This document shows, one piece after another, positions 26,648 to 38,892 of a stretch of 64,000 nucleotides of DNA. Position numbers and translations under genes: made by a program. The DNA comes from Octopus vulgaris (taxonomy: Eukaryota). Location of the stretch: positions 57,102,001 through 57,166,000 of the forward strand of contig OX597820.1 of the NCBI GenBank assembly GCA_951406725.2, read 5' to 3'. The stretch's first letter is position 1. Each line of letters begins with the position of its first letter. Below the pieces are notes generated by a model, which saw only the letters and a list, made by a program, of their open reading frames with translations, was not told the origin of the DNA and did no database searches.

Positions 26648-27311
26648 CATACATGCATACATACATATACATAGTCCATTCCTACTAAGCTAATTTAGCC
26701 TCATATATATATATATATGTTTGCATACTTGTATATGTATGTATGTATGTATGCATGTATATAAGTATGTATTTGTGTGTGTGTGTGTGTGTGTGTGCAT
26801 GCGTGTGTGTATGCGTTTATTCAATATATTGATAAATGGAAAGAGTTGATATTAAGCCAAGCTATAAACTAGATCATGCTACCATTAGAGCAATAAAAGG
26901 ATAATTCAGTTGCAGAAGAAAGAGAAGCAACAACTCAAACATATAAACATGACCGAGATGACAAATAGGAAAATTGTACAGACTTTACTTTGCAATTCCA
27001 AGTCCATTCTTAGATCCAATCAACCATTTGACCCCCATTTGCTCCTAAATCACTTTACTGATAGTAATCATGGATTATTATTTCTTTGCTGTACCAACTG
27101 AATTATGTATCACGAGCAAGATGTTAACATGCTGGTAGGGTGTGGGAAAACTTGGTGAGATTGCTCCTGTTGGTCTTGTAGGGATATTGGTGCTTTCTAA
27201 ATAATTGCAACTCCTTCAATGATCTGGAATCCACTCGCATGATATACATTACACACAAAATATATATTACTCTCTCTCTTTCTCTCTCTCTCTCTCTTAC
27301 TCTTTATACTC

Positions 27312-27716
27312 TCTTTACTCTTTTACTTGTTTCAGGCATTTGACTGCAGCCATGCTGGAGCACTGCCTTTAGTCAAGCAAATCGACCACCGGGACTTATT
27401 CTTTTGGAAGCCTAGTACTTATTTTATTGGTCTCTTTTGCCGAACCGCTAAGTTACGGGGATGTAAACACACCAGCATCGGTTGTCAAGCGATTTTGGGG
27501 GGACAAACACAGACACACAAACATATACACACACATATATATATATACATATATATGAGGGGCTTCTTTCAGTTTCCGTCTACCAAATCCACTCACAAGG
27601 CTTTGGTCAGCCCGAGAGTATAGTAGAAGACATTTGCCCAAGGTGCCACGTACTGGGACTGAACTCAGAACCATGTGGTTGATAAGCAAGCTACTTACGA
27701 CACAGCCACTCCTGCA
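27312..27716 (-). mobile_element. SINE family B full-length copy. Others: 16520-16925 +, 28690-29110 +, 29886-30308 +, 37398-37775 +, 44350-44790 -, 47395-47810 -
   Basis: Head GCAGGAGTGGCTGTG..GTAAGTAGCTTGCTT, CCTTGGGCAAATGTCTTCTACTATA, internal (TA)/(TG) tract, tail CCCCGTAACTTAGCGGTTCGGCAAAAGAGACC...GCTCCAGCATGG. Confidence 0.85.
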
Positions 27717-27835
27717 TATATATATATAGAGAGAGAGAGAGAAAGAGAGTGAGAATTTACAAAAAAAACAAAAGACGAAGATGGGTGTATAAACAACAAA
27801 TAGATGTATTAGTTTAATGCTTGGGAAGTGAGAAA

Positions 27836-27873
27836 TCTTTTACATTTCGAGCTTACGCTCTTTGACAGGAAGG
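27836..27873 (-). ncRNA. Degenerate hammerhead-like motif in a short repeat (~27755-27920)
   Basis: Minus strand reads CCUUC-CUGUCAA-A-GAGC-GUAA-GCUC-GAA-AUGU-A-AAAGA. Stem II is the same as in the 1373-1407 motif; the core is mutated. Confidence 0.4.
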
Positions 27874-27944
27874 AACACAGAAATAAACAGGGTGAGAAAA
27901 TGAAAAAGGTTTAGTGGCTATCTATCTATCAAATATATATATTG

Positions 27945-28320
27945 TGGTACTCCATCAGTTGCGACGATGAGGGTTCCAGTTGATCTGATCAACAAAACAG
28001 CCTGCTTGTGAAATTAACATGCAAGTGGCTGAGCACTCCACAGACACGTGTACCCTTAATGTAGTTCTCAGGGAGATTCAGCGTGACACAGAGTGTGACA
28101 AGGCTGGTCCTTTGAAATACAGGTACAACAGAAACAAGAAAAGTGAGAGAAAGTTGTGGTGAAAGAGTACAGCAGGGTTCGCCACCGCCCCCTGCCAAAG
28201 CCATGTGGAACTTTAAGTGTTTGCACTCAATAAACAGTCACAACACCCAGTCTGGGAATCGAAACCGTGATCCTGTGACTGCAAGTCCGCTGCCCTAACC
28301 ACTGGGTCATTGTAACTCCA
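27945..28320 (-). mobile_element. SINE family D copy (tRNA-derived head), more diverged than 60041-60423
   Basis: Aligns end to end with 60041-60423. Confidence 0.85.
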
Positions 28321-28640
28321 CACACATATATATCATCGTCATCATCAACATCTTTATCATTATTATTAGCATCCATTTTCCATGCTGGCATGCATTGGAC
28401 AGGAACTGGTAAGGCCAGGAGACACATTATGTTCTATTGTCTTTGTGATATGGTATCTATGGCTGGATGCCCTTCCTAATACTAGCCAATTAACAGAGTC
28501 TACTGGGGGGCTTTTTACATGGAATCAGCACCAGTACCTTTTAGATGGCACCAGCCCCAGTGTCTTTTATGTGGCACCAGTGCCTTTTAGGCGGCCACCA
28601 GGACCAGTGATTCTTACATAGTATCAGTACCAGTACTTCG

Positions 28641-28692
<52 letters not shown>

Positions 28693-28877
28693 TGCATGAG
28701 TGCCTGTGTGGTAAGTAGCTTGCTTACCAACCACATGGTTTCGGGTTCAGTCCCACTGTGTGGCATCTTGGGCAAATGTCTTCTGTTATAGCCTTGGGCT
28801 GACCAAAGCCTTGTGAATGGATTTGGTAGACAGAAATTGAAAGAAGCCTGCCATATATATATATATATGTGTGTGTA

Positions 28878-28908
<31 letters not shown>

Positions 28909-29841
28909 GTATATGTGTGTGTTTGTGCGTTTGTGTTTGTCACCCCAACGTCACTTGACAACTAATGCTGGTGTGTTAACGTCCCTGCAACTTAGAGACC
29001 AATAGAATAAGTACTGGGCTTACAATGAATAAGTCCTGGGGGTCAATTTGCTTGACTAAAAACGGTGCTCCAGCATGGCCACAGTCAAATGACTAAAACA
29101 AATAAAAGAATAAAACAATATATATATATACATATATCGATGAAAAACAAATTGTTTGAAAGACAAACTGAACAGAAACATATCAATCTCAATCAAATAC
29201 ATTGAAAGTCATATTCTCTTTAAAAAAATATAGAAAACAATATTTATTTTCTTTTAAAGCAAATTATAATAATTTTCAAATACTAAGACAAATTATAAAA
29301 AAATGAAATATATGTTTTCAATTTATTCTCGGGCTATTTATTTTCTTATTAGGAAATAATAAGGAAATAAATAAATGTTGTGACATGTCTTTCATATTGC
29401 ATGATAAGGCACCGTTGATGACATACAGACACTCATCAATCATGTGGAACTGCGATATCAGTATGTTTAGCGATTGATTACATTGATGTAAACAATAAGT
29501 GTTTTTGCATGTGTCCATGTATGCATATGTGTGTGTGTATGTGTGTGTGTGTGTGAAGGTGCTTGGTTCAATGGTCAGAGCATCCTGTTCACACTCATGA
29601 GGTAGTGAGTTCGATTCCTGGACCGTTTTGTGTGTTGTGTTCTTGAGCAAGACACTCTACTTCACGGTGTGTTCCAGTTCACTCAACTGTGGAAATGAAT
29701 TGTGTGTCACTAATAGCAAGCTGTACTGGTCTTCCATAAACAACCTTGCCTGGACTTGTGCATTGGAGGGTCACTTTCTAGTTGCAATCCCATGGTGATT
29801 CATGAGAGAAGGGCATCTTAACACTCTTATATAAATATGTA

Positions 29842-29887
<46 letters not shown>

Positions 29888-30053
29888 GCAGGCAGGGCTA
29901 TATGTTGAAGTTTGCTTCTCAACCATGCAACTACAGGTTCAGTCTCGGGCAAGTGTCTTCTACTATAGCCTCAGGCCAACCAAAGCGTTCAGTGGATTTG
30001 GTTGACAGAGATTGAAAGAAGCCCGTTGAATATATGTGTGTATACACACACAC

Positions 30054-30086
<33 letters not shown>

Positions 30087-31305
30087 TGTGTGTGTGTATA
30101 TATTTATGTGTCTGTGTTTGGCACCCTACCACCATTGCTTGACAACCAATGCTGGTGTGTTTACGTCCTCGTAACTTAGCAGTTCAGAAAAAGAGACCGA
30201 TAGTGTAAGTACTAGGCTTACAAAGAATAAGTCCTGGGGGTCAATTTGCTCGACTAAAGGTGGTGCTCCAGCATGGCCGCAGTCAAATGACTGAAACAAG
30301 TAAAAGAGTATCAATGAATTTCATCTGATTCATCCATGAATGGAAAAGTGAACATTAAAATGAAGATGATTATTATAACCAGTGACATAACTAGGGTAAA
30401 CCACGCCTGGGGCAAGGTCCAGAAATATCCCCTCCCCCATTACAAAATCCTATTAAATGCTAAAGGTTAAAACATTAATTACTTGTAACAAATAAGTACT
30501 ATATTATATCAACTCCAGTGCGTAACTGGTAATTAATTTATCGACCCCGAAAGGATGAAAAGTGAAGTTGACCTCAGCGGAATTTGAACTCAGAATGTAA
30601 CGGCAGACAAAATACTGCTGAGCATTTCGCCCGGCGTGCTAACGATTCTGCCAGCTCGCCAACCATAAGTACCATACCAAAGTAGACCTTGTCAATGCTG
30701 GTACCATGTAAAAAAATACCCAGTCTGCTCTGTTGAGTGGTTGGCTTTATGAAGGGCATCCAGCCATAAAAACCATTCCACAACAGATAGTGGAGTCTGG
30801 TGCAGTCCTCTAACTTGCAAGCTCCCCTCAACCCATCAAACTCATGCCAGCATGGAAGACGGATGTTAAAGATGATGATGATGGTAATGGTGATGATGAT
30901 GATGACAATGACAATGATGATGATGAATTCCTTGAATAAGCTATGATCTTGTTTATAAGTATTTGAAGAAATCATAACCATATCCGTGACTGTTGAACAC
31001 TTATACTAATACAAATACGTATTTAATGAGATGACATTTAATAAATAACCTGTCCGATATAAATGTGCTAAATATCATTATGTGACCAATGATAACTTGT
31101 AATTCTTTTCAACTATTTCTTTGAGAAATATAAATGTCTCAACAAACATTCTACAACTGTTTTTTTTTTGTCAATTAATATTTCCGACCAATTTATCCTT
31201 CCAAGAATATGTTTTACTATGAACATATATAACATATATAACTCATACATACATACATACATACATACATACATAAATACATACATACATACATTTGTGT
31301 GTATA

Positions 31306-31354
<49 letters not shown>

Positions 31355-33632
31355 GCAGATGTGTGTATATATGTATGTGTATATATATATATATATGAAT
31401 CTTAATTATACATGTATGAATGTATGTATATATACACATATATACATGTGTGTTGTGCACATATGTATGTACGTATGTATATTTAATGTCTTTCAATCAA
31501 TTTATCTTTCGGCCAGTATATTTTCAATGGACATGCCTCATACACACTGCATATATGTGTGTATTTGAGTGTGTGTGTACATGTATATATACATTTATAT
31601 ATACATTTATGTTTATATGCACACACACATATATATACACACATATATATACATACAAACACACACACACATACACAGAGCATACATACACATACATACA
31701 GTCATCATACACACTTATATAAGTGTCTTACACTTCATTGATGAAAAGGTTAATTCTACCCTTCACACATGATTTTACATATTCATGACATTACATACAT
31801 TGGTATGTGTATCTGTGTGTGTATGTATGTATTGTTCTATCTATGTATATATGTATGTATGTAATATGCATGATGGGAAGGTGTGTGATTGTGTGGTCTC
31901 AGGTTCATGCCCCCTGTGTGGCATCTTTGACAAATGTCTTTCACTATAGCTCAGTTGACAAAAGCCTTGTGAGTGGACTTGGTAGATGGAAACTGCAAGA
32001 AGCCCATCTCTCACTGTCTGTCTTTCTCTCTCTCTCCCCATGTGTGTGTGTGTCAGTGCATGCATGTGTGTATGTGTCAATGCATGTGTGTGTATGTGTG
32101 TGTGTGTGTGCATGTCAGTACGTGTGTGTGTGTGCATGTCAGTACGTGTGTGTGTGCATTTGTGCTCCTGTGTCCCAGCCTTGTCATCACAGGACAATGT
32201 TCTTCGTTGCCAGTCGTCAGTGGAAACATGGGGTGGGGAGGCATTACTTTACTGGGAAACAGATGAGGGTTGGAGACAGGAAAGGTACTGGGCTGTAGAA
32301 AATCCAGTTCAACAAGCTCCATCTGATCGACGCGAACATGGAAAAGTGGATATCAAAATGACGATGATAACTATGATGATGTTGGTCATCATCATCATCA
32401 TCCTCATCATCATCATCCTTATCACCATCACTACCATCATAATCATCATCGTCATCATCACCACCACTACCACCACTGCCGCCGCCACCACCACTACCAT
32501 CATTGTCATCATCATCATCACCACTACCAGCACTAGCACCACCACCACCAACAACAACAACAACACCACCACCATCATCATCATTGTTTAACATCTGTTT
32601 TCCATGCTGACATGGGTTGGATGGTTTTGGATGGAGCAGGCCAGCTGGAGCAACTCTCCAGATTCCATTTGTCTTTTCTGGTATGGTTTCTATGGCTAGA
32701 TGCCCTTCCTAATGCCAACCACTTTACAGAGTGTGCTGGGTGCTTTACATTCCAACAGCACAGGTGCATTCATGCAGCACCAGCAGAAATGCATTTTATG
32801 TGGCACCAGCACCTGTAAAGGACAAGCCTGTATGTATGGATGGCAGCATTTTTACCGAGAAAATGTCTTGTCATATATGCTCTGGCCCCTTGCATTGTAA
32901 GTTCAAATCAAACTTGCATCACCAAAATCTTATTAATACCAGAAAATGACACCTTCAGGATCTAAGGAACAATCTCTTCTACTCTAGGCACAAGGCCCTA
33001 AATTTGTGGGGAGAGGCCTAGTCGATTAGATCGACCCCAGTATGCAACTGGTGCTTAATTTATTGACCCTGAAAGGATGAAAGGCAAAGTTGACTTTGGC
33101 AGAATTTGAACTCAAGACGTAAAGATAGATGAAATACCACTTAGCATTTCACCTGGTGTTCTAAAGTATCTACAAGCTCGCCACCTAAGGATCTGAGAAA
33201 TAATGTTAATGTTAGGATTTAAATGTCAAATGGAATAATGTATCAATGGTTGTAACATCCTGACCATGTTAATATGGCCACATAAATGTGGACCTTGAAT
33301 TAATGTAAAGTAATTAAAATTTGCTGGTTCATTGCATATAGCCACTATTTAAAAATTTATATAAATTTATGTCTGTGCATGTGTGTGTATTGTGTGTTTG
33401 TGTGAGTGTGTGTTTGTATGCATGGATGTGTGTGAGCATGAGTATGTGTATGAATGTGTGAGTGTGTGTGTGTGTTTGAGTGTGTGAACGTGCATATGTG
33501 TGTGTGAGTGTATCTGTGTGTATGTGTGAGTGTATGTGTGAGTGTGTGTATGTGTGTGAGTGTGTTTTTATGTGTGAAAGTGTGTAAGAATGTGTGTGTG
33601 TATGTGTGTATGCCACTTTTCCACCTCAATCC

Positions 33633-33678
<46 letters not shown>

Positions 33679-33829
33679 CTCTCTCTACTGTGACTTACCA
33701 TCTCTCTACTTTTCCTTAAATCTTTCTCCCTTTCACTCATTATGTACCAGGGATTATCTTCTTTGCATTATCCTTTTCTAATGGATTAGCTTTAAGGAGA
33801 GTGAGAGAGAAAGAGAGGAAGAGTGAGCA

Positions 33830-34158
33830 TTGAATAAACTACCTTCATCAGTTGTCATTGCATGGAATAAAATACTCCCATCAGTTGTTAGCTGTCAGAA
33901 CACTGCATCCTTCAAATATTCCATGCTTCTTGGAATTCTCCAGCACTACTTCCGATATGCCTGTACACCTTTATTCTTGATGGTTATTTTGTTCTTCACA
34001 TTTCTTCTGACTCTTTGCATTCTATCCTGTGCATTATGGTTGTACTTTTGGTTTTCATTGCTCATTCTCTTGTTTTGAGTAACTGCTGTTGGCTGTTTTT
34101 TTTTTCTTTTACTCTTCTCCAATGGGCTGTGGTACTCCTGAACATTGTGTACAATTCG

Positions 34159-34190
<32 letters not shown>
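33830..34190 (+). mobile_element. 3' end of a CR1-like LINE with (TTA)n tail
   Basis: VVIAWNKILPSVVSCQNTASFK matches the CR1-group terminal RVVxxWNxLPxxVVxxxxxxxFK; followed by a UTR and a (TTA)n tail. Confidence 0.65.
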
Positions 34191-34191
<1 letters not shown>

Positions 34192-35144
34192 TGAAATCAA
34201 ATTCGATGAGTGGCATCCGTGCTAGTGGAGTGCTAAGAGCACCTTCCGAGCGTGATCATTGCCAGAGTAGCTAACTGGCTTCCATGCCAGTGGCATGTAA
34301 AAAGCACCATTTGAGCATGATTGTTACCAGTGTCGCCTTACTGGCACGTGAAAAACATTCAAGCAAGGTTGTTGCCAGTGCTGCTGGAATTGCTCCTGTG
34401 CAGGTGGCATGTAAAAAACACAATTTGAGCATGGCCATTGCTGGCACATAAAAGCACCTACTACACTCTCAGAGTGATTGACATTAGGAAGGGCATCCAG
34501 CTGTAGAAACTCTGCCAGATCAGATTGGAGTCTGATGCAGCCATCTGATTCACCAGTCCTCAGTCAAATCGTCCAACCCATGCTAGCATAGAAAGCAGAT
34601 GTTAAACAATGATGATGATGATGAATAATAGTAATATTATTATTATCATCATCATCATTATTATTATTATTGTTGTTGTTGTTGTTATTATTACTATTAT
34701 TATTATTAAGTGGGGTGAGCTAGCAGAATCATTAGCACGCCGGGCGAAATGCTTAGTGGTATTTCATCTGCCACTATGCTCTGAGTTCAAATTCCACCAA
34801 GGTTGACTTTGCCTTTCATCCTTCCGGGGTCTATCATCATCATTCATCATTGTTTGACCGTGGTTGAGACAATGGAATTTACCATGCTATGCCAGACTTC
34901 ATGGTCCATCATAGCATTACGGAGGTCCTGTTGCTGGATGCCTGTATCCCTGGAGATTACATCAGGGTAGGAGAGTGTGCGCCCTCTGTTGTTGCGGGGT
35001 TGGGGTCAATAAATTAAGCACCAGTTGAGTACTGGGGTCGATGTAATCGTCTATCACCCTTCCCCCCAATTTCAGGCCTTGTGCCTATAGCAGAAAGGAT
35101 TATTATTGTTGTTGTTGTTGTTGTTACTATTATTATTGTTATTA

Positions 35145-35640
35145 AGGCTGTGAGCTGGCAGAATCATTACCACGCTGGATGAAATGCTTAGTGGTATTTC
35201 ATCTGGTATTACGATAAATTAAGTACCAGTTACACACTGGGGTCGATATAATCGACTTAATCTGTTTGTCCTCTCTGTGTTTAGCCCCTTGTGGGTAGTA
35301 AAGAAATCGGTATTTCGTCTATCATTACGTTCTGAGTTCAAATTCTGCCGAGGTCGACTTTGCTTTTCATCCTTTTGGAGTTGATATATTAAGTACCAGT
35401 TACGCACTTGAGTCGATATAATCGACTTAATCCGTCAGTCTGTCCTTGTTTGTCCTCTCTGTGTTTAGCCCCTTGTGGGTAGTAAAGAAATAGGTATTTC
35501 ATCTGCCACTACATTCTTAGTTCAAATTCCACTGAGGTCAACATTGTCATTCATCCTTTCAGGGTCAATAAATTAAGTACCAGTTATGCACTGAAGTCCA
35601 CGTAATTGACTTTGTCATTCACCTACACTTAATGGCCTTG
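35145..35640 (+). mobile_element. SINE family A tandem multimer (head plus ~3 body units)
   Basis: GGTATTTC...TTAGCCCCTTGTGGGTAGTAAAGAAAT repeated at ~35193, ~35309 and ~35493. Confidence 0.8.
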
Positions 35641-36414
35641 TGCCAAATTATGAAGTCATTATTTAGAAAGAGAGTGAGAGAAAGAGAGAGTGAGATAGAA
35701 AGGAGAGTATGTACAAATGAATAATAGAAAGTGTGTGCGTGCATGTGTGTGTGTGTTAGCAAAAACAGAATGATAATATTGTAGTCATGGCAACATACTA
35801 TAAACCAGAATGTCGTGTCATCTGCTGGTGAAGACATTTGAACTGTATATCATGCAAGCACATTGCCTATTGATACAGTTTGATACTTGATTAAATTAAC
35901 CCCCAATAGCTGACTGGTACTTTTAGTTTTATCAATGCCAAGAGGATGAAAAAAAATTGCATCCCTTGTTGGATTTGAACTCAGAATATAGAGAACCAGA
36001 ATGAATACCTCTTTCTTTTTTTCTTTTACTTGTTTAAGCCATGAGACTGTGGTCATGCTGGGGCAATGCCTTAAATTTTTTTATAATCAAATGTATTGAC
36101 TCCAGAATTTAATTTTCAAACCTGGTACTGATTCTATCAGTCTCTTTTGCTGAACTGCTAAGTTACAGGGATACAGTTGTCAAGCAGTGGTGATGGTAGT
36201 GGTGGTGGTTCGGGGGCAAACACAGACACAAAAGCACACACATAGATATACATATATATATATATACATATATCATGCTAGCATGGAAAACGGACGTTAA
36301 ACGATGATGATAATGATGATGATATACATAAAAATACAAAATGGGACAAGAACGCAAAACATTCTGAAGACAATACAAAAAACACGGATGGGTCATTCGA
36401 AGCCTTCAATCTTC

Positions 36415-36722
36415 AGTCAAGAACCGGATCAACCTCACAATTTCGGCTGATTAATCTTGAGATTGCTCCAATCTGGCTAGCCCCAAGGAAAAACTAAGCT
36501 AAGTGCATTAGATTCCTTGGAAAAAAGCTTCGAATGTATATGAAACAAGGACAGAAAAATGGACGATGTTACATGAATATGAATACAAAAATAAGATGAA
36601 AAAACAATAATAATAATAATAACAATAACAGGACATCACAACAGGTGTCTTTCGACTTAGACGAATTGAACTCAGCTGGCGTGTTATCAGCCGAAATTGC
36701 GAGGATGATCCGGTTCTTGACT
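36415..36722. repeat. 37-bp inverted repeat pair (36415-36451 / 36686-36722) in a CpG-rich element
   Basis: AGTCAAGAACCGGATCAACCTCACAATTTCGGCTGAT vs ATCAGCCGAAATTGCGAGGATGATCCGGTTCTTGACT (2 mismatches). Confidence 0.85.
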
Positions 36723-36811
36723 TGGACAAGTGTCTGCTTCTATAGCCTCTGACCGACCAAAGCCTTGTGAGTGGATTCGGTAGATGGAAACTGAAAGTCA
36801 CTCATCATCAT

Positions 36812-36854
<43 letters not shown>

Positions 36855-36945
36855 GAAGATTGAAAAGGAACACATGAGTTGATATGTATAAGGAAAATAA
36901 GACAAGGTAGAAAATGCTAAAATAATTTTATCATGAAGAACATTT

Positions 36946-36982
36946 TAGTACCGGTTTCAGACTTTACGACTTTTTCAACTTA
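36946..36982 (-). ncRNA. Minimal hammerhead-like motif (U3-A8 variant)
   Basis: Minus strand reads (UA)AG-UUGAAAA-AGUC-GUAAA-GUCU-GAA-ACCGGU-A-CUA. GAAA, palindromic ACCGGU and the GUA triplet are intact; stem II has one mismatch. Confidence 0.5.
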
Positions 36983-38269
36983 GAGTAAAGCATGGAAAAC
37001 GATTAAATTGTGGAAAAATTCAATGAAACGTTTTTTAAAAATATTTCCATAGTTTTCAATTGCAAGGGACATTTTCTTTTTTTATATATGTATATATCTG
37101 TGTGTTTGTGTCTGTGTTTGTCCCACACCACAATTGTTTGACAACTGATGTTGGTGTGTTTAGGTCCCCGTAACTTAGCCGTTCGACAAAAAAGACCCAA
37201 TAGAATAAGTACCGAGCTTGCAAAGAATAAATCTTGGGGTTGATTTCTTTGACTGAAAAGGTGATGCTCCAGCATGGCCACAGTAAAAAATGACTGAAAC
37301 AAGTAAAAGAATAAAAGAACGAAAGAATATCTTACAAACAGCAAACTAAGAACCCGTATCTAGAAAACCCAACATCACTTTTTTCCTTTATGAATATAGT
37401 AGGAGTGGCTGTGTGGTAAGTAGCTTGCTTACCATCCACATGGTTACAGGTTCAGTCCCAGTGTATGGCACCTTGGGCAAGTGTCTTCTACTATAGTCTC
37501 GGGCCGACCAAAGCCTTGTGAGTAGATTTGGTTGATGGAAACTGAAAGAAGCTCACCTTATATGTGTATGTGTGTGGGTGTCTGTCTGTCTTCCCCCCCC
37601 CCATCACTTGACAACTGATGCTGGTGTGTTTACATCCACCGTAACTTAGCGGTTTGGCAAAAGAGACCAATAGAATAAATACTGGGCTTACAAAGAATAA
37701 ACCCTGGGGTCGATCTGTTCCACTACAAGGCGGTGCCCCAGCATGGCAGCAGTCAAATGACTGAAACAAGTAAGAGAATAACAGAATAAAATAATAAAAG
37801 AACAGTGCAAATTGAGAGGAAATTTGGCAGCTATTTCTAGCAGATCGACTGTGTAGATGCTCTTCAATGGGCTCTTCCAACTGCTGCTCCTGCTGTTGTT
37901 GTTGTTGTTGTTGGTAGTGCCTGTCATCTGATAGAAGACATTACTAAAGTTACTATTTTTACAGTTGATTTTAGATCTTTTATAGATTCTATAAATCTAG
38001 TCCATTTCTTACATTTTGGCTTTCTTCGCTTTTCTTTTCCTTCCCTATTTACTTTCTTTCTTTTTCTCTTTCTTTCTTTATGTATTTATCTGTTTATTTA
38101 TTTATAAATTCTTTTTGTTTTTTTTTTTGTTTTTTTTTCTCCACCCTCTTTCCTCTCCTGTGCATTTACCCCCCACCGTTCTGCTTATCCTCTTTTGAAA
38201 TGCTATGGGAATATTTTTTTTTTTCATCTAAGCGACATTCATTCCTTCAAAGAAATAAATAAGTAATCT

Positions 38270-38492
38270 CAAACAACAACAACAACAACAACAACAGCAA
38301 CAACGATGACGGCAACGACAATAACGACAGCATCACCGTCACCATCGCCGCCACCATGACAAATATCAACCCCACCAACACAACTACACATAGCTCTGTT
38401 ACCAATGGTTGCAATAACATCAAGAACACCCCCACCACCACCACCACAATAACAGCAGCAAATGCATCACCATCATCATCATCATCATCATC

Positions 38493-38526
<34 letters not shown>

Positions 38527-38659
38527 CCATCATCATCACCAACACCATCATCATCACCAACAGCATCATCATCATCATCATCACCATCATCATCACCATC
38601 ATCATCACCAACAGCATCATCATCATCATCCCCATCATCATCACCAACAGCATCATCAC

Positions 38660-38694
<35 letters not shown>

Positions 38695-38701
38695 CCAACA
38701 G

Positions 38702-38736
<35 letters not shown>

Positions 38737-38788
38737 CCAACAGCATCATCATCATCATCATCATCATCACCATCATCATCACCAACAG

Positions 38789-38841
<53 letters not shown>

Positions 38842-38861
38842 CCATCACCGTCATCATCACC

Positions 38862-38892
<31 letters not shown>

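Noticed and set aside
26850-27245. Unique island as a decayed ORF (CEWIPDH resembling RNase H WIPxH)
   Set aside because: Stops in all frames and no other RNase H motifs; unsupported.
37870-37945. Possible minus-strand exon after TCTTCTATCAG encoding poly-Q/N
   Set aside because: It runs directly into a common repeat, with no donor site or partner exons found.
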